DNA of 64,000 nt from Dehalococcoidia bacterium (GTDB lineage: Bacteria; Chloroflexota; Dehalococcoidia; DSTF01; RBG-16-68-14), in contig JBBEBM010000043.1 in NCBI GenBank assembly GCA_040882355.1, positions 1 through 64,000 on the forward strand, given 5' to 3'. Within the stretch, counting starts at the first letter, position 1, and each line of letters starts with the position of its first letter. Below are positions 37,852 through 46,462 of the stretch, piece after piece. The notes beneath the pieces were generated by a model that saw nothing but the letters and a program-made list of their open reading frames with translations, searched no databases and had not been told where the DNA came from. The position numbers were made by a program, and so were the translations under genes.

Positions 37852-38583
37852 CTACACCCCACCCTTCGTGGCCACCAGCACCAAGTTCACCCTAAGCCCC
37901 GCCAGCGCGTCGGACCGGCTGACCGCGCGCTCGTACGCGACGCCGAGCGCGTACGGCACGATGTGGAACGCCAGGTACTCCGGCTCCGTCTCGAACCGGT
38001 CGATGCGTTCCACGGTCAGCCCCGCCCCCTCCGCCAGCGACCGCAGCCGTCCAGCCGTGTTCGCGCGGTACTGCGTCGGGAAGATGTCGCGCGAGTCCAC
38101 GCCGCGCCAGTTGTTGAAGATTAGGTGCGCTCGATGCGGCACCAGCCGCGCCGCGATCGCCACATAGTGCCAGCGGCACGGCGTCAGCAGCAGCAGCCGG
38201 CCGGCCGGCCGCAGCACCCGCGACAGCTCCCGGAACACCGCCTCCGGCTCCGTCAGGTGCTCCGCCACGTGGCTCATCACGATCAGGTCGAACGCCTCGT
38301 CGCGCAGCGGCAGCGACGCCAGGTTGCCCTTCACCGCCTCGTCGATGTTCGTGTTGCCGCGCGGCTCGTTCGTCACGTCCACGCCCACGACGCGCCGCGT
38401 GCGCCCGGCGAGACGGTGCGCGAAGACGCGGCCGCTGCCGCAGCCCGCGTCGAGCACCACGTCCGTCGGCCGCGCGTACTGGTCGATCGTCCGCTGGAAG
38501 CGGTCGTACATCCCGACGAAGTCGTCGGGGTAGAAGCGCTTGCGCAGCGCCTCCTTGTGCCAGCCGAAGGCGAGCAACCCCAT
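37852..38583 (-). CDS. Class I SAM-dependent methyltransferase
   Basis: VLDAGCGSG, HVAEHL, RVLRPAG. Confidence 0.9.
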   Translation of the reverse strand: MGLLAFGWHKEALRKRFYPDDFVGMYDRFQRTIDQYARPTDVVLDAGCGSGRVFAHRLAGRTRRVVGVDVTNEPRGNTNIDEAVKGNLASLPLRDEAFDLIVMSHVAEHLTEPEAVFRELSRVLRPAGRLLLLTPCRWHYVAIAARLVPHRAHLIFNNWRGVDSRDIFPTQYRANTAGRLRSLAEGAGLTVERIDRFETEPEYLAFHIVPYALGVAYERAVSRSDALAGLRVNLVLVATKGGV

Positions 38584-38672
38584 CGCGACTTCACCCTACG
38601 GGCGAGGCATCGCGAGGGCAAGCGAGGCTCGCCGGTCGCCAGGTCAACTGCCATCGTGTAGGCTAATGGCGC

Positions 38673-40025
38673 ATGGACGGGGAGATCACGCTGGCAGAGC
38701 TGAGCGCCCGCACCGGCGAGTCCGAAGAGGCCCTGCGCGAGTGGCAGGCCCTTGGCCTGATCGGGGCGGCCGGCGGGGAATCGTGGCGCGCGAACGATCT
38801 CTACCGCGCGCGGCTGGTACAGCTCTTGCTCCGCCGCGGCATCTCGCTCGATGCCATCGCGCGCGCGGAAGCGCGCACCGCGTTCCTCGACAACGAGGTC
38901 TCGCGCGTCTTCCCCTGGGCAGCCGACACCGCGCTATCGCTGGCCGAAGCCGCCGAGCTTGCCGGCCTGGACATCGATGTCGCGCGCCGCTTCTGGCAGG
39001 CCGCCGGCCTGGGCGACGAGAGCGAGCTCGACCGGGCCGATCTCGCAGCGCTTCGAGGAGTCGGCCAAGCGCTGAGTGCTGGATTTCCGGAGGCGGCCCT
39101 CCTTGAGCTCTTCCGCGTCTTCGCGGACTGCCTCGACAGGGCGGCGGAAGCGGGCCAGAACGCGTTCCACTTCTACGTGCACGAACCCATGAGGGCGGCG
39201 CGCGCTCCCATCGAGCACTTGCGGGCTGCAACACCAGTCCAGGAAGCCATCCGGCCTCTGATCGAGCCCACTATCCTCTACTTCTTCCGCAAAGGCAGTG
39301 CGAAGGCTGCCCGTGACGATATGGTCATGCACGTCGCGGAAGCGGTGGGCCTCGCCCAGATACGGGAGACGCCTGGGCAAGTGACCCGGGCGATCGTCTT
39401 CACCGACCTCTCCAGCTTCACGCCGCTCACCGACGCCATGGGCGACAGCGAGGCCGCCGGCATCGTCGGTCGCTTCTCTGATCTGGTCAGGGAGGCCACC
39501 ATGCGATGGGAGGGCCGCGTGGTGAAGCAGATCGGCGACGCCTTCATGCTCGTCTTCGCCGACGCCCAGCCGGCGATCTGCTACGCCGTGGAGATCGAGA
39601 CAACGATCGCGAACGAGCCGCAGTTCCCGGCCGCGCGCAGCGGCGTCCACTGGGGCGACATCCTCTACCGTGACGGCGACTACGTTGGGCTCAACGCCAA
39701 CATCGCCTCACGGGTCGCCGAGCTCGCCGAACGCCACCAGGTGATCGTCACAGGCGCCGCCCGCAAGCAAGCGGGCAGTGTCGCTGGCCTCGACTTCGCC
39801 CGCGCGGGCAAGCGCCGCCTTCGTGGCGTCGCCGAGGAGGTCGAGCTGTTCACGGCTCGCCCCGCCACCGGCGACGCGAAAGCGAAGGTGATCGACCCGG
39901 TGTGCGGCATGGAGATCGGTGAGAAGGAGGTCGCGGCGCGGCTCGCTGTGGACGGCAAGGAGCGCCCGTTCTGCTCGGGCGACTGCCTCCGGCTCTTCGT
40001 CGCGAACCCGGAGCGCTACCCCTAG
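38673..40025 (+). CDS. MerR-like HTH + class III adenylate cyclase + YHS/TRASH fusion
   Basis: TLAELSARTG...LREWQALGLI; FTDLSSFT, KQIGDAFM, GDYVGLNANIASR; DPVCGM...FCSGDC. Confidence 0.88.
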   Translation: MDGEITLAELSARTGESEEALREWQALGLIGAAGGESWRANDLYRARLVQLLLRRGISLDAIARAEARTAFLDNEVSRVFPWAADTALSLAEAAELAGLDIDVARRFWQAAGLGDESELDRADLAALRGVGQALSAGFPEAALLELFRVFADCLDRAAEAGQNAFHFYVHEPMRAARAPIEHLRAATPVQEAIRPLIEPTILYFFRKGSAKAARDDMVMHVAEAVGLAQIRETPGQVTRAIVFTDLSSFTPLTDAMGDSEAAGIVGRFSDLVREATMRWEGRVVKQIGDAFMLVFADAQPAICYAVEIETTIANEPQFPAARSGVHWGDILYRDGDYVGLNANIASRVAELAERHQVIVTGAARKQAGSVAGLDFARAGKRRLRGVAEEVELFTARPATGDAKAKVIDPVCGMEIGEKEVAARLAVDGKERPFCSGDCLRLFVANPERYP

Positions 40026-40026
40026 G

Positions 40027-40308
40027 CTACGCGCCGCCCGCCACCGCCGGCACGATGCTCACTTCGGCGCCCGCCTCGATCGTCGTCTCGAGGCCGGAGA
40101 GGAAGCGCGCGTCTTCGCCGTTGATGTAGACGTTGACGAACCTACGCAGCTCGCCCGTCTCGTCGCAGAGGCGCTCCTTCATGCCGGGGAACTGCCCCTC
40201 CAGCAAGTCGATGAGCTGGCCCAGAGTCCCGTCCTGCTCAGCGATAACAGTGTCCTGCTCGTTGGTCAGCTTGCGTAGCGGCGTCGGTATGCGAACGGTT
40301 ACAGCCAT
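40027..40308 (-). CDS. MoaD/ThiS-family sulfur carrier (CysO-like)
   Basis: VRIPTPLR, LRRFVNVYING, IVPAVAGGA. Confidence 0.93.
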   Translation of the reverse strand: MAVTVRIPTPLRKLTNEQDTVIAEQDGTLGQLIDLLEGQFPGMKERLCDETGELRRFVNVYINGEDARFLSGLETTIEAGAEVSIVPAVAGGA

Positions 40309-40326
40309 CTCAACCTCGACATCTCA

Positions 40327-40493
40327 GCCACAGATTACCACAGCCAGACAGAGACGAACGAAGACGCCATCTGTGCCAACCTGTGTCATCTGTGGCCAGT
40401 CTTGCGTCTCCATGCCAAACACGCCTGCCCGCAGATGACGATTGCCTTCTCCGTCATCTGGAACCGTGTTTCATCTGTGTCTATCTGTGGCCA
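40327..40493. repeat. CACAGAT/ATCTGTG inverted-repeat element between the NIL and MoaD genes
   Basis: gccacagat...atctgtggc; further atctgtg copies near 40369, 40473, 40483. Confidence 0.65.
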
Positions 40494-40500
40494 ATTCGTC

Positions 40501-40743
40501 TCATCCCTCTACGATGTCACCCTGCACGGGGTCCACGCGGACGCCCTTCGCGGCCACCCAATCCAACCCCCGTTCGATCTCCTCCATCTCCCCGTCCAGC
40601 TCCAACACCACCCAACCCCGGTCCTCCGTCACGTCCGCCCGACGGATGTTCGTGATCAGGCTGAACTGCTTGCCAAGCTCGTAGATGATCGGGATCGTGA
40701 TCAGCTCCTGGGGAAACGTGAACTTCACGCGTTGTTTGGACAT
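40501..40743 (-). CDS. Stand-alone NIL domain protein
   Basis: VKFTFP...PIIYEL...TNIRRADV...GWVVLELDG. Confidence 0.9.
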   Translation of the reverse strand: MSKQRVKFTFPQELITIPIIYELGKQFSLITNIRRADVTEDRGWVVLELDGEMEEIERGLDWVAAKGVRVDPVQGDIVEG

Positions 40744-40754
40744 CCGCTCCTCCT

Positions 40755-42014
40755 CTACGTGCCCGGGCCCGCCGAGCCCGCCACCGGCCGCCCTCCCAGC
40801 GCCTGCTCGAACGCCGCGATGGTCGGCTGGATGCGCAGCGGCGGCGTCAGCGCCTCGCTCACCGCCTCCTGCGTCTTCAGGCCGGCGCCTGTGATGAACG
40901 CGACGACGACTTCGTCGCGGCCAACGCGACCCGCCTCGGCCAGCCGCTTCAGGCCGGAGATCACCACGCCGCCTGCCGTCTCGGCGAAGATGCCCTCCGT
41001 GCGCGCGAGGAGCTGGATGCCCGCGACCACCTCGTCGTCGCTCACCGCGACGCCGGAGCCGCCCGATTCAGCCATCACCTGCAGCGCGTAGTAGCCATCG
41101 GCCGGGTTGCCGATCGCGAGCGACTTCGCGATCGTGCGCGGGCGCACGGGTCGCACGTTCAGCGTGCCCGCCTCCCACGCGGTCACAATCGGCGAGCAGC
41201 CCGCCGCCTGCGCGCCCGACATCTTCGTGTGTACGCTATCGATCAGCCAGAGCTTCGCCAGCTCCTGCAGCCCCTTCCAGATCTTCACGTAGAGCGAGCC
41301 GGACGCCATCGGCACGACGCAATGGTCCGGCGCGCGCCAGCCCAACTGCTCCGCCACCTCGAAGCCCAGTGTCTTGCTGCCCTCCGCGTAGTACGGGCGC
41401 ACGTTCACGTTGACGAAGCCCCAGTTGTACTTGCCGGCCAGCTCGGAGCAGAGCCGGTTCACGTCGTCGTAGCTCCCGTCGACGGCGACCAGCGTCGGCT
41501 CGTAGACCGCCGAACCGATCACCTTCCCCTGCTCCAGGTCCGACGGGATGAAGACGAAGGCGTCCATACCCGCGTGGGCCGCGTGCGCGGAGACGCTGTT
41601 CGCCAGATTACCCGTCGAGGCGCAGGCCAGCGCCTCGAAGTTGAACTCGCGTGCCTTGCTCGCGGCCACCGTAACGACGCGGTCCTTGAAAGACCACGTC
41701 GGGTTCGTGCAGTCGTTCTTCAGGTAAAGGTGACGCAGCCCGAGCTCCTCGCCGAGCCGCTCCGCCTTCACCAGCGGCGTAAAGCCCGCCTGGATGTCCA
41801 CAGCGGGGTCCTGGTCGCACGGGAGCAGGTCGGCGTAGCGCCAGACGGAGAGCGGGCCGCGCTCGATCTTCTCGCGCGAGACCGCCTTCCGCATCGCTTC
41901 GTAGTCGTAGACGATCTCCAGCGGGCCGAAGCAGAAGTCGCAGACGTAGATCGGGTCGAGCGGGAACTCGCGGTGACACTCTCGACAGCGGAGGGCCGTA
42001 GCGAAGCTTGCCAT
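40755..42014 (-). CDS. thrC: Threonine synthase-like PLP enzyme (possibly O-phosphohomoserine sulfhydrylase)
   Basis: N-terminal CxxC..CxxC, NPTWSFKDR, ASTGNLA, EGSKT, ITGAGLK. Confidence 0.8.
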   Translation of the reverse strand: MASFATALRCRECHREFPLDPIYVCDFCFGPLEIVYDYEAMRKAVSREKIERGPLSVWRYADLLPCDQDPAVDIQAGFTPLVKAERLGEELGLRHLYLKNDCTNPTWSFKDRVVTVAASKAREFNFEALACASTGNLANSVSAHAAHAGMDAFVFIPSDLEQGKVIGSAVYEPTLVAVDGSYDDVNRLCSELAGKYNWGFVNVNVRPYYAEGSKTLGFEVAEQLGWRAPDHCVVPMASGSLYVKIWKGLQELAKLWLIDSVHTKMSGAQAAGCSPIVTAWEAGTLNVRPVRPRTIAKSLAIGNPADGYYALQVMAESGGSGVAVSDDEVVAGIQLLARTEGIFAETAGGVVISGLKRLAEAGRVGRDEVVVAFITGAGLKTQEAVSEALTPPLRIQPTIAAFEQALGGRPVAGSAGPGT

Positions 42015-42056
42015 GATGGCGATACCTCCTGCCCCGAGGCCGGGGCGTTGTGTCGA

Positions 42057-42137
42057 CTACAGGAGGCGCCCCAAACGGCCCAGCCTCAAATTCGGGCCGC
42101 TCTGGGGCTTCGGCATCGTCATCAAGTGGTGGTGCAT
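42057..42137 (-). CDS. Putative 26-aa leader peptide MHHHLMTMPKPQSGPNLRLGRLGRLL
   Basis: AAAGGA RBS, lies between the promoter and thrC, overlaps a GC-rich hairpin. Confidence 0.45.
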   Translation of the reverse strand: MHHHLMTMPKPQSGPNLRLGRLGRLL

Positions 42138-42169
42138 TGTTCCTTTGCGTTGTTGCGTGATTGCTTGGG

Positions 42170-42199
42170 AGCCTATCACAGGCTCGCTGGGCCTGTCAA
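42170..42199 (-). promoter_or_regulatory. Promoter of the thrC-NIL-moaD operon
   Basis: TTGACA-N18-TAGGCT with TG extended -10. Confidence 0.65.
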
Positions 42200-42227
42200 A
42201 CGCTTTTGGGGCGCGCGGAAGGGCGCG

Positions 42228-43511
42228 CTACACCTCGTTTTTCAGCGTCTCCAGGAACTCGGCGTTGTTCTTCGTGCGCGACATGCGCTCCAACAGCCGC
42301 TCCGTCGACTCCGTCGGGTTCGGCGAGTTCGACGCGATCATCGCGGCCATCCGGCGCACGAGCCAGACCTGGCGTAGCGTCGCCTCGTCCAGCAGCAGCT
42401 CCTCGCGACGGGTACTGCTGCGCTGGATGTCGATCGAAGGGAAGATGCGCCGGTCGGCGAGCCGTCGGTCCAGGTGCGCCTCCATGTTGCCCGTGCCCTT
42501 GAACTCCTCGAAGATCAGCTCGTCCATCCGGCTGTTCGTGTCGACCAGGCACGTGGCGATGACGGTCAGGCTGCCGCCCTCTTCCGTATTGCGGGCCGCG
42601 CCGAAGAAGCGCTTCGGCGGGTAGAGCGCGACCGGATCGATACCGCCCGAGAGCGTGCGCCCGCTGGGCGGCATCGCGACGTTGTAGGCGCGCGTAAGCC
42701 GCGTGATGCTGTCGAGGAGGACCACCACGTCCTGCCCGCCTTCTACGAGCCGCTTCGCCCGGTTCAGCGCCATCTCCGCGACGCGCGTGTGGTCCTCTAC
42801 CGGCTCATCGAAGGTCGAAGCGATCACCTCGCCCGTCACGGAACGGCGCATGTCGGTCACTTCTTCCGGCCGCTCACCGATGAGCACCACCATCAGGTGG
42901 ACGTCATCGTAGTTGGCCATGATGCCGTGCGCGATCGCCTTGAGCAGGAACGTCTTGCCCGCCTTGGGCGGCGACACGATCAACCCGCGCTGGCCGCGCC
43001 CGATCGGCGCGATGAGGTTGAGCACCCGCTGTGAAAGGTTATCCGGTCCCGGCCGCTCCGACTCCAGGTTGATCAGTTTGTCCGGAAAGATCGCCGTGAA
43101 CTGCTCGAAGTGCGGCCGCTGGCTCGCAACCTCCGGATCGACGCCGTTCACCGCCTCGACGCGCAGCAGCCCATAGTACTTCTCGCTGTCCTTGGGCGCC
43201 CGCACCTGGCCCATCACCAGGTCGCCCGTGCGCAGCGCGAAACGCCGCACCTGGGACTGCGAGACGTAGACGTCGTTCACCGTCGGCAGCATCGACTCGC
43301 CGCGGAGGAAGCCGTAGCCATCGTCGACGATGTCGATGGTCCCTTCGGCGAAGATGTTGCCTTCTTGTTCGGTCTGCGCCTGGAGGAGCTTGCGGATCAG
43401 CTCGTTCTTCTTCAGGCTGCTGTAGCCCGACACGCCAAGGCCTTTGGCGATGTCCATCAGGTCTTCGCGGGTCTTGCTTTCGAGTTCAGCTATGCTCACT
43501 TGACGCTCCAT
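42228..43511 (-). CDS. rho: Transcription termination factor Rho
   Basis: GYGFLR, PIGRGQR, PPKAGKT, ERPEEVT, GRTLSGG, FKGTGNME. Confidence 0.98.
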   Translation of the reverse strand: MERQVSIAELESKTREDLMDIAKGLGVSGYSSLKKNELIRKLLQAQTEQEGNIFAEGTIDIVDDGYGFLRGESMLPTVNDVYVSQSQVRRFALRTGDLVMGQVRAPKDSEKYYGLLRVEAVNGVDPEVASQRPHFEQFTAIFPDKLINLESERPGPDNLSQRVLNLIAPIGRGQRGLIVSPPKAGKTFLLKAIAHGIMANYDDVHLMVVLIGERPEEVTDMRRSVTGEVIASTFDEPVEDHTRVAEMALNRAKRLVEGGQDVVVLLDSITRLTRAYNVAMPPSGRTLSGGIDPVALYPPKRFFGAARNTEEGGSLTVIATCLVDTNSRMDELIFEEFKGTGNMEAHLDRRLADRRIFPSIDIQRSSTRREELLLDEATLRQVWLVRRMAAMIASNSPNPTESTERLLERMSRTKNNAEFLETLKNEV

Positions 43512-43682
43512 ACTCAACACAGCCTCTGTGCTGCATACGATCCATCATTATCGGTATCGTTCCTTGCCGTCCGGTTCAGTAGGGAAAATGTGTTAGGCGC
43601 CGGGAGATGTAGGCGCCGGGCTGACAGGCCAATGATACACGAATGGTTCTTCTACACAAATACCCGATCTAGCACCCTAATG

Positions 43683-44357
43683 TCAAGGATTGGCCCGCTC
43701 CTTCGTGGGCTGCTTCTTGTAGGCCTCCGAGTCGGCTAGGAAGCGCTCGATCCCCACGTCCGTAAGCGGGTGACGCACCATCGCCTTCAGCACCGAGTAC
43801 GGCAGGGTGGCGATCGGCGCCCCTGCCTGCGCCGCCTCGATAACGTGGCGCGGGTGCCGGATGCTCGCCGCCAGCACCTGGGCGGGCAGGTGGTACTGGT
43901 CGAAGATCTCGACCGACTCCCGCACCACCTCCATGCCGTCCTGGCCGGCGTCGTCGATCCGCCCGATGAACGGGCTAACGTACATCGCTCCCGCGACCGC
44001 GGCGAGCAGCGCCTGGTTCGCCGAGAAGATCAGCGTCATGTTGATCCGGATGCCCTCTTTCGAGACGATCGACGTCGCTTCGAGCCCCGCTTCGTCGATC
44101 GGGATCTTCACCACCACGTGCTCGTGCCACGCGTTCAGCTCGCGCGCCTCCTCGACGAGACCCGCCACGTCCCGCGCGGTGCACTCGGCAGAGACCGGGC
44201 CCTTGACCACCTCGCAGATCTCGACGACCCGCTCTCGATAGGTCACGCCGCTCTCCTTCGCCATCAGCGAAGGGTTCGTCGTCACGCCCGAGAGCAGCCC
44301 CATGCGCGCCGCGTGCCGGATCTCGTCGATATTGGCGGTGTCCAGGAAGAGACGCAT
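43683..44357 (-). CDS. tal: Transaldolase / fructose-6-P aldolase (short type)
   Basis: FLDTA, GVTTNPSL, VVKIP, YVSPFIGR, LAASIR. Confidence 0.92.
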   Translation of the reverse strand: MRLFLDTANIDEIRHAARMGLLSGVTTNPSLMAKESGVTYRERVVEICEVVKGPVSAECTARDVAGLVEEARELNAWHEHVVVKIPIDEAGLEATSIVSKEGIRINMTLIFSANQALLAAVAGAMYVSPFIGRIDDAGQDGMEVVRESVEIFDQYHLPAQVLAASIRHPRHVIEAAQAGAPIATLPYSVLKAMVRHPLTDVGIERFLADSEAYKKQPTKERANP

Positions 44358-44471
44358 CACGTCCTCCTTATCAGCTTCGGCGGGGACCGTTCAAAGTGGA
44401 CTACCTTATTGTACTCTCAGCACTCGTTGCCTGGAAACTAGGGAAACGCCGCGCAAGAGCGCACCCGCGCC

Positions 44472-46124
44472 CTACGCCGCGCCCCCTGCGATCGCGCCCG
44501 CCGCATCGACCGGCTCCGGACGCTGCAGGCTCGCCGCGTATTCGACCGCCGCGCCGATGAAGTCGCGGAAGAGCGGGTGTGGGCGCAGCGGTCGCGAACG
44601 GAACTCCGGATGGAACTGCGAGCCGAGCATGAACGGGTGGTCGCGCAGCTCGCTGATCTCGACGAGCGTCCCGTCCGGCGACATCCCGCTCGCGACGAGT
44701 CCGGCCTTGCCCAGCACGTCGAGGTACGCGTTGTTGAACTCGTAGCGGTGTCGGTGCCGCTCCTCGATCTCGTCCACGCCGTAGGCTTCGTGCGCGCGCG
44801 TTCCAGGCACGAGGTGGCACGGATAGCAGCCCAGGCGCATCGTCCCACCCTTGTCGACAACGCCCTCCTGCTCAGAGAGCAGGCTGATCACCGGGTGCGC
44901 CGTCTCCGGCGCGAACTCCGTCGAGTTCACGTCGTCCGTGCCCAGCACGCTCCGTGCGAGCTCGACGACCATCACCTGCATCCCCAGGCACAGGCCCAGG
45001 TACGGGATACCTTGCGTGCGGGCAAGCTTCGCCGCCTCGATCTTGCCCTCGATCCCCCGCTCGCCGAAGCCGCCAGGCACGACGATGCCGTGGACGCCAT
45101 CGAGCAGGCTCGCGTCGCCTTTCTCCAGCAGCTCCGCCTGCACCCAGCGGATGCGCACGTCCGCGCCGTGGTGGACGCCGGCGTGCGTCAGCGCCTCCTT
45201 CACCGAGAGGTAAGCGTCGGGGAGCTGCACGTACTTGCCCACGATCGCGATCGTCACCTCACTCGATGGGTGCTGCAGCCGCTCGACCAGCTCGCGCCAG
45301 TCGCTGAGGTCTCGTTCGCTTGCTTCCAGACCGAGCAGATCGATGATGTACTCGCCCAGCCCAGCCTCCTCCAGGATCAGCGGTACCTGATAGATGCTGG
45401 GCACCGTCGGCAGCGGCACGACGCCCTGCTTGTCGACGTCGCAGAAGAGCGCGATCTTCGCCTTCAGGTCCTCGGTCACAGGATGGTCGCTCCGGCAGAT
45501 GATCACGTCCGGCTGAATGCCCATGCTGCGCAGCTCGCGTACGCTGTGCTGGGTGGGCTTCGTCTTCAGCTCGCCAGCTGCCGCAACGTAGGGCAGCAGC
45601 GTCACATGGATCGAGAGCGTATCGTGCGCCTGCTCGCGGCGCATCTGGCGGATCGCCTCCAGGAACGGCTGGCCCTCGATGTCCCCCACCGTGCCGCCGA
45701 CCTCGATGATCACGACATCGGCCCCGCTCTCTTGCCCCAGGCCGCGGATGCTGCCCTTGATCTCGTTCGTCACGTGAGGGATCGGCTGGATCGTCCCGCC
45801 CAGGAAGTCGCCTCGCCGCTCCTTCGCCAGCACCGACTGGTAGATCTGGCCCGTCGTGACCGAGCTGCGCTTCGTCAGGTCATCATCGAGGAAGCGCTCG
45901 TAGTGGCCCAGGTCCAGGTCCGTCTCCGTCCCGTCGCCCGTCACGTAGACCTCGCCGTGCTGATAGGGCGACATCGTCCCCGGGTCGACGTTCAGGTACG
46001 GATCGAGCTTCTGGATGGCGACGGAGAGGCCTCGGGATTTGAGGATGCGGCCAATGGCCGCCGTGGTAATCCCTTTGCCGACGGAGCTCACGACCCCGCC
46101 TGTAACGAAGATGTACTTCGGCAT
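44472..46124 (-). CDS. pyrG: CTP synthase
   Basis: [49 protein letters not shown]. Confidence 0.98.
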   Translation of the reverse strand: MPKYIFVTGGVVSSVGKGITTAAIGRILKSRGLSVAIQKLDPYLNVDPGTMSPYQHGEVYVTGDGTETDLDLGHYERFLDDDLTKRSSVTTGQIYQSVLAKERRGDFLGGTIQPIPHVTNEIKGSIRGLGQESGADVVIIEVGGTVGDIEGQPFLEAIRQMRREQAHDTLSIHVTLLPYVAAAGELKTKPTQHSVRELRSMGIQPDVIICRSDHPVTEDLKAKIALFCDVDKQGVVPLPTVPSIYQVPLILEEAGLGEYIIDLLGLEASERDLSDWRELVERLQHPSSEVTIAIVGKYVQLPDAYLSVKEALTHAGVHHGADVRIRWVQAELLEKGDASLLDGVHGIVVPGGFGERGIEGKIEAAKLARTQGIPYLGLCLGMQVMVVELARSVLGTDDVNSTEFAPETAHPVISLLSEQEGVVDKGGTMRLGCYPCHLVPGTRAHEAYGVDEIEERHRHRYEFNNAYLDVLGKAGLVASGMSPDGTLVEISELRDHPFMLGSQFHPEFRSRPLRPHPLFRDFIGAAVEYAASLQRPEPVDAAGAIAGGAA

Positions 46125-46201
46125 TCCCCTCCACAAAGGGCTAGCGGTCGCCGCTGGCGACCGCCCATCAGCATAGTAGCGCCTCGCCAGGATGCAGTCA
46201 A
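46125..46201 (-). promoter_or_regulatory. pyrG promoter and 42-nt GGGC-initiated structured leader
   Basis: TTGACT-N17-TACTAT-N6-GGGC; 9-bp hairpin; CCCUU can pair with the SD GGAGGG. Confidence 0.7.
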
Positions 46202-46314
46202 GAACGAATGCTCTCCAACAGCGCCACAACGCCACAAATGCGCTCCCTAGGCGCCTATTCTCTGGATAAGGCGCCTCGCCCGCCATCCGCTAATCGGTTA
46301 GCAGGCGCCCTCAC

Positions 46315-46433
46315 TGTCATGCTGAGCCTGTCGAAGCATCTGGCGGCCCCGCCAGGGACGAGACGCCTCGAATCCGCATCCGTTTATCCGTTTGACATCC
46401 GCTGACGCCATTCGCTTATCCGATTCCTATCCG
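46315..46433. repeat. REP-like palindrome plus ATCCG array upstream of lysS
   Basis: tgtcatgctgagcctgtcgaagcatctgg; atccgcatccgtttatccgtttgacatccg...cttatccgattcctatccg. Confidence 0.75.
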
Positions 46434-46462
46434 CTGATTCGGCCCTCCGCTAAGATGACCCC

